This document shows positions 1 to 8,061 of a stretch of 64,000 bases of DNA, one piece after another (position 1 is the first letter of the stretch; each line of letters opens with the position of its first letter). The stretch comes from an alpha proteobacterium SCGC AAA536-G10 (GTDB taxonomy: Bacteria > Pseudomonadota > Alphaproteobacteria > Puniceispirillales > Marisalimonadaceae): the NCBI GenBank assembly GCA_000384615.1, contig ARQU01000003.1, forward strand, positions 104,751 to 168,750, written 5' to 3'. The notes beneath the pieces were generated by a model, which ran no database searches, was not told the DNA's origin, and saw nothing but the letters and a program-made list of their open reading frames with translations. The translations under genes were made by a program, and so were the position numbers.

Positions 1-889
1 ACGCTCCACCCATTACCCCAACGGGAGAAATATTGAATTTTCTTAAATAATCTGTAATTACACCTAAAGATGTTGTCCCAATGGTCATCATGATTGTAGA
101 AATAAAAAGAATGTTAGCAATTTCATTTTTATTAAAATTACCTATATCAGAAAGCCAGGGTCCTGCCCATAACCCTAATATTGCAAGTCCAGTTCCTCCG
201 GCGATTCCGGATAATGGACCAATTCTCCAAAAAGCGTAGCTAGTATAAATATCTTGTAACACTTTCAAAATCGGTAATGTCTCTTCATTATTAAGAGTTT
301 CCTTTTTTTCTGGAACCACGAAAAAAATCAGTAATCCAATAAAGATTGTAGTTACTCCAAGGAATAAATAAACCCCTCGCCAATCAGTTATTTGTAATGC
401 CATTTCCAAGGGTGTAGACGCCACAATAGCGCCCATACCACCTGCTGACATGAATAGACCTATCAGCAGTGGTAGTCTTTCTTTGGGGAACCAAACGGCA
501 AAAGCTTTAAATGCTCCCATTAATGCGCCGGAAACTCCTAACCCTATTAAACCTCGAGCTATAACAAGTGACCAAACGTCATTTCCCAGACTGAATAATA
601 TAGCTCCGGTAGCAGCTACTAAAAATAGAATACTTTGAACTCTTCTAGCACCATATTTATCAAGTAGAACTCCCAAGGGTAATTGAAACAAACCAAATGT
701 TAAAAAATATGCAGATGTAATTAAGCCAAGTTGTTCTGCATTCAGACTTAAATCATTACTTAAGTAGGGAGCAAGAACCGCATTAGTAGATCGGTAAAGG
801 TAAGATAAAAAATATCCGCAAGCGAAAGGTAAAAAAATAAAAGTGAATTTTTGAAAGTTTGTTTCAGGAAGAATATTCATTCGTCTCAT
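1..889 (-). CDS. MFS transporter, N-terminal part (gene runs off the left edge of the window)
   Basis: Absent from the ORF track because it is open at the window edge. My reverse-strand translation from ATG 887-889 (alternative ATG 878-880) reads MRRMNILPETNFQKFTFIFLPFACGYFLSYLYRSTNAVLAPYLS...LPLGVLLDKYGARRV... It has repeated hydrophobic helices and the MFS loop 2-3 signature (G-x-L-x-D-x-x-G-R-R). Confidence 0.75.
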   Translation of the reverse strand, partial: MRRMNILPETNFQKFTFIFLPFACGYFLSYLYRSTNAVLAPYLSNDLSLNAEQLGLITSAYFLTFGLFQLPLGVLLDKYGARRVQSILFLVAATGAILFSLGNDVWSLVIARGLIGLGVSGALMGAFKAFAVWFPKERLPLLIGLFMSAGGMGAIVASTPLEMALQITDWRGVYLFLGVTTIFIGLLIFFVVPEKKETLNNEETLPILKVLQDIYTSYAFWRIGPLSGIAGGTGLAILGLWAGPWLSDIGNFNKNEIANILFISTIMMTIGTTSLGVITDYLRKFNISPVGVMGGA

Positions 890-1000
890 ATCTGTAAAAC
901 TCCAAAAATTATTGTTGAATAAATGATTTATAGACTTTGAAATTAGATTCGATCAAATTAGTATATCAACTCTTACAATTGTAGCATAATGATTAGAAAG

Positions 1001-1030
1001 TTGACGTTTACTTTTAAGAGTATTTATAAT
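1001..1030 (+). promoter_or_regulatory. Candidate sigma70-type promoter for the amidohydrolase gene
   Basis: TTGACG (1001-1006), 18-nt spacer, TATAAT (1025-1030). It is followed by the Shine-Dalgarno AAGGAGAG (1038-1045) and ATG 1050. The -10 overlaps the track ORF start at 1029, which argues for 1050 as the real start. Confidence 0.4.
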
Positions 1031-1049
1031 GATTGGCAAGGAGAGTTAT

Positions 1050-2237
1050 ATGAGAATATCTAATGAAATTATAAATATTGTTCCTGAAATAAAAAAATGG
1101 AGACAACAATTGCACGCGCATCCAGAGCTTGGATACGAAGAGGAATGGACATCTAATTTTGTTGCAGAAAAACTAGAATCTTTTGGCTTAGAGATTCATA
1201 GAGGGTTAGGAAAAACTGGAATTATTGGGGTTTTAAAGGGCCTTGACCCTACCCTTGGTGGTGGAGGGAATAAGGCAATTGGTTTAAGAGCAGATATGGA
1301 TGCTTTACCAATGACTGAAGAAAACGACTTTTCTTATAAATCAAAATTTGAAGGCCGTATGCATGCATGTGGTCACGATGGTCACACAGCTATGCTACTT
1401 GGAGCAGCTAAATTATTATCCTTAAAAAATGATTTTAATGGAACAGTATATTTCATATTTCAGCCAGCAGAAGAAGGTGGTGGTGGTGGCCTTGCAATGA
1501 TAGATGACGGTTTGTTTGAACAATTTCCTATGGATAGTGTGTGGGGGATGCACAATTGGCCAGGTATGAATGAAGGTACTGTTGCTATACATAAAGGTTC
1601 TGTGATGGCTGCTGCCGATAAATTTGAAGTTACCATAATTGGAAATGGTGGTCATGCGGCAATGCCTCAAGCAACAAATGATCCTGTTTTAGCAGTCACT
1701 GCTATTGTTCAAGCCTTGCAGCAAATAGTTTCACGTAAACAAAATCCACTTGATGCAGTTGTTGTTTCTGTAACTCAAATTAATGCAGGATCTGGATTTA
1801 ATATTATACCTCAAAAAGCAGATTTTATTGGTACTATTAGGACTGTTAATCCTGATACCAGAATAAATGTTCATAAACAGTTTACAGAAATATGTAATGC
1901 AACGGCACTAGCTTATGGATGTGTAGCAGAGGTGTCTGTTATTAAAGGTTATCCAGTAACGGTAAATGATGTTCAATCTAGTGAAAAAGCAATTGAAGTT
2001 TCGTCCAATTTATTTGGTAAAGACTCAGTAAAAACTAACATGGCTCCTTCCATGGGAGCAGAAGATTTTGCTTACATGTTAGAAAAAATTCCAGGATCAT
2101 ATATTTGGTTGGGTGCGGGCGAGGGAAAGTCAGGTTGTATGCTTCATAATACTAAATACGATTTTAATGATAATATTATACCTTTAGGTATTTCATACTG
2201 GGAACAATTAGTTAAATCAGAATTACCTCTTAGATAA
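1050..2237 (+). CDS. M20-family amidohydrolase (hippurate hydrolase / N-acyl-L-amino-acid amidohydrolase-like)
   Basis: Track ORF 1029..2237. Typical M20D motifs are present: HAHPELGYEE, LRADMDALP, MHACGHDGH, FQPAEEGGGG and a dimerisation-domain region. A strong SD precedes ATG 1050. Confidence 0.85.
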   Translation: MRISNEIINIVPEIKKWRQQLHAHPELGYEEEWTSNFVAEKLESFGLEIHRGLGKTGIIGVLKGLDPTLGGGGNKAIGLRADMDALPMTEENDFSYKSKFEGRMHACGHDGHTAMLLGAAKLLSLKNDFNGTVYFIFQPAEEGGGGGLAMIDDGLFEQFPMDSVWGMHNWPGMNEGTVAIHKGSVMAAADKFEVTIIGNGGHAAMPQATNDPVLAVTAIVQALQQIVSRKQNPLDAVVVSVTQINAGSGFNIIPQKADFIGTIRTVNPDTRINVHKQFTEICNATALAYGCVAEVSVIKGYPVTVNDVQSSEKAIEVSSNLFGKDSVKTNMAPSMGAEDFAYMLEKIPGSYIWLGAGEGKSGCMLHNTKYDFNDNIIPLGISYWEQLVKSELPLR

Positions 2238-2279
2238 TATTAATAGACTTGTTTACAGTTTACTAATATATATCCATAT

Positions 2280-2540
2280 ATGAAAAACATTTTATTACTA
2301 ATAATTGTGGCATCATGTGTTCTTCTAATAATCACAATTTTTGCGATCAATCTGTGGTTGCAAATGTCAGACGTTGCAATTAGCTACAATGGTAAGATTG
2401 CAATCTTTTTGGGCGCTTTTTTTACTATATTGTTAGGTTCTGGTCTAATGTCCTTGGCTTTCTTTTCTTCTCGACATGGATTTGATGAGCAAGTGGACCA
2501 TGATTTAGAAGATTTATTCAAAAAATTCAAAGATCGTTAA
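2280..2540 (+). CDS. Small membrane protein, unknown function
   Basis: 86-aa ORF with two long hydrophobic segments and a charged C-terminus. No recognisable family. Confidence 0.5.
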   Translation: MKNILLLIIVASCVLLIITIFAINLWLQMSDVAISYNGKIAIFLGAFFTILLGSGLMSLAFFSSRHGFDEQVDHDLEDLFKKFKDR

Positions 2541-2570
2541 TATTTAGACAAATATTATTTTTTGTTTTTT
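2538..2570 (+). terminator. Candidate intrinsic terminator (all-AT stem)
   Basis: TAATATTT (2538-2545), loop AGAC, AAATATTA (2550-2557): a perfect 8-bp stem followed by TTTTTTTGTTTTTT. The stem has no G-C pairs, so it is weak. Confidence 0.4.
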
Positions 2571-2590
2571 GCCGATAAATTAGGAGTTGC

Positions 2591-4201
2591 ATTATACAAA
2601 AAATCTTTAAAGAATTATCTCAAAAAATATCAGATAATGAATTACAATTTTCGAATCTAAAATTTTCATCAATATTAAAGTTTAAAACAGAAATTTTAGC
2701 AGGCTTAACAGTTGCTCTAGCATTAGTACCTGAGGCTGTGTCTTTTTCATTTGTTGCTGGAGTTCATCCTTTAGTAGGCTTATACGCGGCTTTTATAGTT
2801 GGATTAATCACGGCTTTAATTGGAGGAAGGCCTGGTATGATTTCCGGTGCAACAGGTGCATTGGCAGTTGTTATGGTTGCTTTAGTTTCTTTACACGGTG
2901 TTGAGTATTTATTCGCCACGGTTGTATTGATGGGAATCTTTCAAATTACCGCTGCTTTTTTAAGATTAGGGAAATTTATTAGACTAGTTCCTTATCCTGT
3001 TATGCTTGGTTTTGTGAATGGTTTAGCCATTGTTATTTTTTTAGCTCAAATGTCCCAATTTCAAATAACAGATTTATCTGGAAACAAACAGTGGATGGAA
3101 GGACAAACTTTGCTAATTATGCTTTTGCTTGTAATTATTACCATGATTGTAATATGGGGGATGCCTAAAATAACTACTATTATTCCAGCCCCTTTAGCAG
3201 GCATAATTTTCGTAGCTGTGCTTGTTATATCACTAGATATAGATGTTCCTCGTGTAGGTGATCTTGCTTCCATAAAAGGAGGGTTACCAACATTTCATAT
3301 TCCATCAGTTCCTCTTAATACCGACACTCTTTTAATAATACTTCCATATGCCTTGATTTTAGCAACAATCGGTTTGATTGAGAGTTTATTAACGCTCAAT
3401 TTAGTGGGTGATATTACTGGAAAAATTGGAGGAGCGTCTCAGGAGTGTGTCGCTCAAGGTATTGCTAATATGGTAACTGGTTTTTTTAGTGGTATGGGTG
3501 GTTGTGCAATGATTGGTCAATCAATGATTAATGTAAAATCTGGTGGCCGTACAAGAATATCTGGTATTATGGCATCTTTGTTTTTACTCTTATTCATTGT
3601 AATTGGATCTTCTCTTATCGAGCAAATTCCCTTAGCAGCGTTAGTTGGTGTTATGTTTATGGTAGTCATTGGTACTTTTGCTTGGCAGAGTATTTTGGTT
3701 ATTAAACGTATTCCAAGAACAGATGTGGTCGTTATGATAATTGTTACTGCCATTACTGTTATCTACGATTTGGCAATTGCCGTTATATGTGGAGTTATTG
3801 TTTCGGCTCTTGCCTACGCTTGGAATAATGCAATTCGGATAACAGGCAATGTTGCGATAGATGATAATGGTAACACAATTTATTATATAGAGGGTCCTTT
3901 GTTTTTTGGATCTGTCCAAGGCTTTTCAGAAATATTCAATATAGAAAGTGATACTGATATCGTGGTTGTTGATTTTATCAATAGTCGTGTCGTAGATCAG
4001 TCAGCGTTACAAGCAATAGAGGATCTTGCTGTTAAATATAAAAAAAGAAAGAAACAGTTACAATTGAGACATTTGTCAACGGACTGTCATTCCTTACTAA
4101 GGAAGGCTGGTCAGTTAGTTGTAGATGCTGATGACGATCCTAGTTACGGTTTGGCTGTTGACTATGGTGTGAAACCAGGAGTTTTTGGAAAAACTCATTA
4201 A
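2591..4201 (+). CDS. SulP-family anion (sulfate) permease with C-terminal STAS domain
   Basis: Track ORF 2738..4201 starts at a GTG. The frame is open from 2579 and encodes the conserved SulP N-terminal segment (KTEILAGLTVALALVPEAV) upstream of that GTG. The STAS-like C-terminus is DIVVVDFINSRVVDQSALQAIEDL. The start codon is uncertain (see findings). Confidence 0.85.
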   Translation: MIQKIFKELSQKISDNELQFSNLKFSSILKFKTEILAGLTVALALVPEAVSFSFVAGVHPLVGLYAAFIVGLITALIGGRPGMISGATGALAVVMVALVSLHGVEYLFATVVLMGIFQITAAFLRLGKFIRLVPYPVMLGFVNGLAIVIFLAQMSQFQITDLSGNKQWMEGQTLLIMLLLVIITMIVIWGMPKITTIIPAPLAGIIFVAVLVISLDIDVPRVGDLASIKGGLPTFHIPSVPLNTDTLLIILPYALILATIGLIESLLTLNLVGDITGKIGGASQECVAQGIANMVTGFFSGMGGCAMIGQSMINVKSGGRTRISGIMASLFLLLFIVIGSSLIEQIPLAALVGVMFMVVIGTFAWQSILVIKRIPRTDVVVMIIVTAITVIYDLAIAVICGVIVSALAYAWNNAIRITGNVAIDDNGNTIYYIEGPLFFGSVQGFSEIFNIESDTDIVVVDFINSRVVDQSALQAIEDLAVKYKKRKKQLQLRHLSTDCHSLLRKAGQLVVDADDDPSYGLAVDYGVKPGVFGKTH

Positions 4202-4279
4202 TTTGCTCAATTCTGTTGCAGTCATATTTCAATACTTCAACATTTTTTTAGGACTTGACTCTTAGTTAATTTTATAGGA

Positions 4280-4305
4280 GAACAAAATATGAACAAAATA
4301 TGAAC
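4280..4305 (+). promoter_or_regulatory. Tandem alphaproteobacterial-type LexA (SOS) boxes, GAAC-N7-GAAC-N7-GAAC
   Basis: GAACAAAATAT occurs three times in tandem (4280-4312). GAAC tetramers lie at 4280, 4291 and 4302, each spaced by 7 nt, and they overlap the umuD start codon. The direct-repeat GTTC-N7-GTTC (GAAC-N7-GAAC on the other strand) is the described alphaproteobacterial LexA operator. Confidence 0.7.
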
Positions 4306-4809
4306 AAAATATGTCTGGAATTAAAAATGATGAATTTAGAAGTGACTAAAAAAATCCTAGCCCAAAATGGACACTATAAAACTTCTAATAAACTAGAAGT
4401 ATTTAAGCCGTGCTTAAATCGTTCTCAAACTCTTCCTCTTTATAGCTCTAAAGTTTCAGCGGGTTTCCCTTCTCCTGCAGATGATAACTTAGAAAAAAGT
4501 TTAGATTTAAACAGTTATTTAATTAAACGTCCAGCGGCAACCTTTTTTGTTCGTGTTAATGGTGACTCAATGATTAATGCTGGTATCAATGATAATGATA
4601 TTCTGGTTGTGGATAGAAGTATTAAACCAGCACATGGAAAAGTAATTATTGCTGTTTTAGACGGGCAAATGACTGTTAAAAGATTATATAAGCGTTCTGG
4701 TAAAATAATATTGATGCCAGAAAATGACTTATACAAACCAATTGAAATCCAAGATCATATGAACATGGAAATTTGGGGAGTAGTTACAAGTTCGGTTCAT
4801 TTTTTATGA
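4300..4809 (+). CDS. umuD: UmuD-like S24 peptidase (translesion polymerase V accessory subunit)
   Basis: Cleavage-site region VSAGFPSPADD, catalytic Ser in NGDSM, Lys in TVKRL. It sits immediately upstream of umuC with a 1-nt gap. The start could also be 4327. Confidence 0.85.
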   Translation: MNKICLELKMMNLEVTKKILAQNGHYKTSNKLEVFKPCLNRSQTLPLYSSKVSAGFPSPADDNLEKSLDLNSYLIKRPAATFFVRVNGDSMINAGINDNDILVVDRSIKPAHGKVIIAVLDGQMTVKRLYKRSGKIILMPENDLYKPIEIQDHMNMEIWGVVTSSVHFL

Positions 4810-4810
4810 T

Positions 4811-6133
4811 ATGTACGGATTAGTTGATTGTAATAATTTTTATGTTTCCTGTGAGCGAGTATTCAATCCATCGTTGAGGAATAAGCCTGTCGTAGTATTA
4901 TCCAATAATGATGGCTGTATTATTGCTAGATCTAATGAAGCAAAAACTCTAGGTATACCCATGGGTGCTCCATTACACTTATATAAGACACTAATAAAGC
5001 AAAATAAGATTTTGGTATATTCTTCAAACTATACTTTGTATGGAGACATGTCTTCTCGAGTAATGAATTCACTAAATTATTTTGTACCTGATATGGAAAT
5101 ATATTCTATTGACGAAGCCTTTCTTAGTTTAAAAAAATTTAATAATAAAACTTTATTAGATGAAATGTTTACAATTAGACAATCTATTTATCAATGGACA
5201 GGTATACCTGTTTCAATTGGAGTAGGTCCTACTAAAACGTTAGCAAAATTAGCAAACAAGATGGCTAAGAAACATTCGTCTAACGGTATTTATATTTTAA
5301 CGATATCAAATCAATTGACTAATATATTAAATGATCTTCAGTTAGAAGATATTTGGGGAATATCAAAAGGTTGGGCTAACCGTTTGAAGTCTATAGGAAT
5401 TAATAATCCTCTTCAATTACAACAATCAGATCCTTGTAAGGTAAGAAAGTTAATTTCAGTTGTTGGTGAACGTATTGTTTATGAGTTAAGAGGAAATTCT
5501 TGTCTTGCTTTAGAAGAGGTAGTGAATAAAAAATCTATTACAGTTTCTAGATCTTTTGGCAAAATGATTAATGATAAATATAATTTAAAAGAAGCATTGG
5601 CAAATCATGTAGCAAGAGCAGCAGAGAAACTTAGGCATCAAGACAGTTTATGTGGAGAAATTTGTGTTTTTATTAATACTAATCGTTTTAGAAAAAAAGA
5701 TTTACAATATAATAATAGCGCAACATTAACTTTTAGTGATTTGACAGATAATACAACTGTCATGATTCAACAAGCGTTCAAGTTGTTAGAAGGTCTTTAT
5801 CGTCCAAATTACAATTATAAAAAAATTGGAGTTATATTACTTGATCTAAAACAAAGAGAAAAAGACTTTATAAATAAGCATTATATCATTCAGGGTAACT
5901 TATTCACATATAATAAAAATGAAAAAATAAATGCTAATCAATCTGATATTGATATTAAAATTTTAGATAGTATAAACGCTAAAATGGGAAAGATGTCAAT
6001 ATTTTATGGTTCTCAAGGAATTACAAAGCAACGCAGAAGAGAAAAAGTAGAAGAAGATAAATGGAGAATGCGGTCTGGTTATAAATCCCCTCTCTATACA
6101 ACAAATTGGAACGATATATTAAAAGTTTCCTAG
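4811..6133 (+). CDS. umuC: Y-family DNA polymerase UmuC
   Basis: N-terminus MYGLVDCNNFYVSCERVFNP, SIDEAFL motif and little-finger region. It is operonic with umuD. Confidence 0.9.
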   Translation: MYGLVDCNNFYVSCERVFNPSLRNKPVVVLSNNDGCIIARSNEAKTLGIPMGAPLHLYKTLIKQNKILVYSSNYTLYGDMSSRVMNSLNYFVPDMEIYSIDEAFLSLKKFNNKTLLDEMFTIRQSIYQWTGIPVSIGVGPTKTLAKLANKMAKKHSSNGIYILTISNQLTNILNDLQLEDIWGISKGWANRLKSIGINNPLQLQQSDPCKVRKLISVVGERIVYELRGNSCLALEEVVNKKSITVSRSFGKMINDKYNLKEALANHVARAAEKLRHQDSLCGEICVFINTNRFRKKDLQYNNSATLTFSDLTDNTTVMIQQAFKLLEGLYRPNYNYKKIGVILLDLKQREKDFINKHYIIQGNLFTYNKNEKINANQSDIDIKILDSINAKMGKMSIFYGSQGITKQRRREKVEEDKWRMRSGYKSPLYTTNWNDILKVS

Positions 6134-6146
6134 AATAATGATAATA

Positions 6147-7421
6147 CTAAGATTTTTTATTTGAAGGAAGAGGAATACAGCTTAGACCTGAAGTCCATAG
6201 TTCTGCACAAACTGAGCGCGCCTGGTACTCAGCCAATTCAATAAATCTAACTCTCCATAAATATTCCAAACTTTTATTTTCATTGTTAGTTTTAGTTATT
6301 TTACTTAAAGAAGCAGGCAAATTACCAAGTTGCTCTGGAACAATATTTCTAGCATTACGGGCTGCTTTATGAGCATTTAATCTATTTTTAAAAGCACCTA
6401 TTTGTATAAACCAGTCATCATGTAAACTATTGGACAATGAAAGATTAACAACTTTAGTAGGTATATTAAAATTTTTTATATTTTTTTCTGTAATAGTTAG
6501 CTTAGGACGGTTTTTAGGTAGTTCCGATGGTTTTGCTATTCTAACAAGAGGTTTAGAAGGAACTGTTTTAAAGTATTTATTAAGTAACTTAATCATATGT
6601 TTATCACGTGAGCGTGCTTTTTTACCACCAAAAACAACACCAATAATTCTTTGACCGTTTCTTTCTACTGAAGCTACAAGATTGAAGCCAGAAGCATTAG
6701 TATAACCTGTTTTTATACCGTCAGTACCAGAATAACTACCTAATAAATTATTATGGTTGGTGTATTTAATACCTTTGTAAACAAAAGATTTAGTTTTAAA
6801 TAATTTAAATAAATTAGGATGTTTTTTTCTAATGGCCATACCTAGAATTGCCATATCTCTTGCTGTAGACAATTGTCCCCTATTAGGTAAACCCGATGCA
6901 TTTTTAAATATTGTACGTGTCATACCTAACTTTTTAGCTTTTTTAGTCATTAGTTTAGCAAAATTTCTTTCAGATTTCGCTAAGTTTTCTGAGACAACTG
7001 TGGCTACATCATTTGCTGATTTAGTGATCAAAGCTAAAATAGCATTTTTGACGGTGATTTTAGAGCCAGCAGCAAGATTTAACTTAGAAGGTGGTTGTCT
7101 TGCTGCACGTTTAGAAATTTTAAATTTAGTATTCATAGATATTTTTTTTGATTTTAGTGCATCAAATATCATATATAAAGTCATAATTTTTGTTAAAGAA
7201 GCTGGATAATTACGTGTGTCAGCATTTGTGTTATGGTAAATACGTTTAGTATTTTCATTTATAACAAAAGAAGCATATTTAGCATTAGCAGTAGATACAA
7301 AAATTAAAGAAGTCAGAATAAGTACAAAAAATTGGCTTAGATTTTTGAAATAAGACAAACTGTATTTTTTATAAGATAAAAATTTATGAAAACTCACTAT
7401 ATCAATGTAATTTTTAAACAA
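6147..7421 (-). CDS. D-alanyl-D-alanine carboxypeptidase (S11, PBP5/6-like) with C-terminal SPOR domain
   Basis: SxxK motif in PASLTKIMT, SxN-like SANDVA, KTGYT motif. The C-terminal WFIQIGAFKNRLNAHKAA... is typical of a SPOR domain. An N-terminal signal or anchor is present. Confidence 0.85.
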   Translation of the reverse strand: MFKNYIDIVSFHKFLSYKKYSLSYFKNLSQFFVLILTSLIFVSTANAKYASFVINENTKRIYHNTNADTRNYPASLTKIMTLYMIFDALKSKKISMNTKFKISKRAARQPPSKLNLAAGSKITVKNAILALITKSANDVATVVSENLAKSERNFAKLMTKKAKKLGMTRTIFKNASGLPNRGQLSTARDMAILGMAIRKKHPNLFKLFKTKSFVYKGIKYTNHNNLLGSYSGTDGIKTGYTNASGFNLVASVERNGQRIIGVVFGGKKARSRDKHMIKLLNKYFKTVPSKPLVRIAKPSELPKNRPKLTITEKNIKNFNIPTKVVNLSLSNSLHDDWFIQIGAFKNRLNAHKAARNARNIVPEQLGNLPASLSKITKTNNENKSLEYLWRVRFIELAEYQARSVCAELWTSGLSCIPLPSNKKS

Positions 7422-7735
7422 AATTTATATCCAAAGATCAAATCTAACAATATTTTTCAGCATGAATATTAAAAAAATATAATCCAAACTAATTGAAAAA
7501 TACATCATTTAGATTATTTTTTTAACAAAATACTATATTTAGTATAAAATAGAAGCAATAATTATGGAAGAGCATATTAAAAAAAATTATTAACTTAAAC
7601 TTGTTGAACGTTAATATCGTTATTATATTATTAACACAACATCACTATTAAGCCGAAAGTCCAAAGACGTTGCATAATAATAAAGAGTTAAAATTTCATA
7701 TAGAGTATAGTATAAGAACTATACCATTGTCTGTT

Positions 7736-8059
7736 ATGAGTAAAAATAGTGATGAGAACGATGAAGTTGATGGAAACACAAAATTAGCAACAAAGCCAAA
7801 AACTAAAATTCCATCACTTTACAGAGTTTTAATGATGAATGATGACTATACGCCAATGGAATTTGTGATTGAAGTTTTAGAAAAATTTTTTCAAAAAAAT
7901 AGAGAAGAAGCAACACAAATAATGCTTCACGTTCATCAGCGTGGAGTTGGTGTTTGTGGAGTTTACACATATGATTTAGCAGAAACAAAAGCAATGCAAG
8001 TAATGAATTATGCCCGTAAATATGAACATCCTTTACAAGTGCAATTAGAGAAGGAATAA
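7736..8059 (+). CDS. clpS: ATP-dependent Clp protease adaptor ClpS
   Basis: Track ORF 7670..8059 uses an upstream TTG; ATG 7736 (MSKNSDEND...) gives a typical length. The conserved core is [24 protein letters not shown]. Confidence 0.85.
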   Translation: MSKNSDENDEVDGNTKLATKPKTKIPSLYRVLMMNDDYTPMEFVIEVLEKFFQKNREEATQIMLHVHQRGVGVCGVYTYDLAETKAMQVMNYARKYEHPLQVQLEKE

Positions 8060-8061
8060 CA

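Noticed and set aside
1422-1670. Antisense or alternative-frame ORFs nested inside well-supported genes. Examples: 1422..1670, 3061..3273, 3517..3919, 4515..4736, 6430..7209, 7803..7994, 9819..10064, 11751..11960, 12492..15053 (set), 19057..19380, 22095..22841, 25266..25496, 26510..26719, 28091..28282, 28725..28946, 29736..29933, 30803..31204, 32891..33166, 33477..33923, 36269..36601.
   Set aside because: Each lies wholly within a longer ORF on the other strand or frame that has clear family motifs. Their translations are low-complexity or hydrophobic strings with no motifs, as expected by chance.
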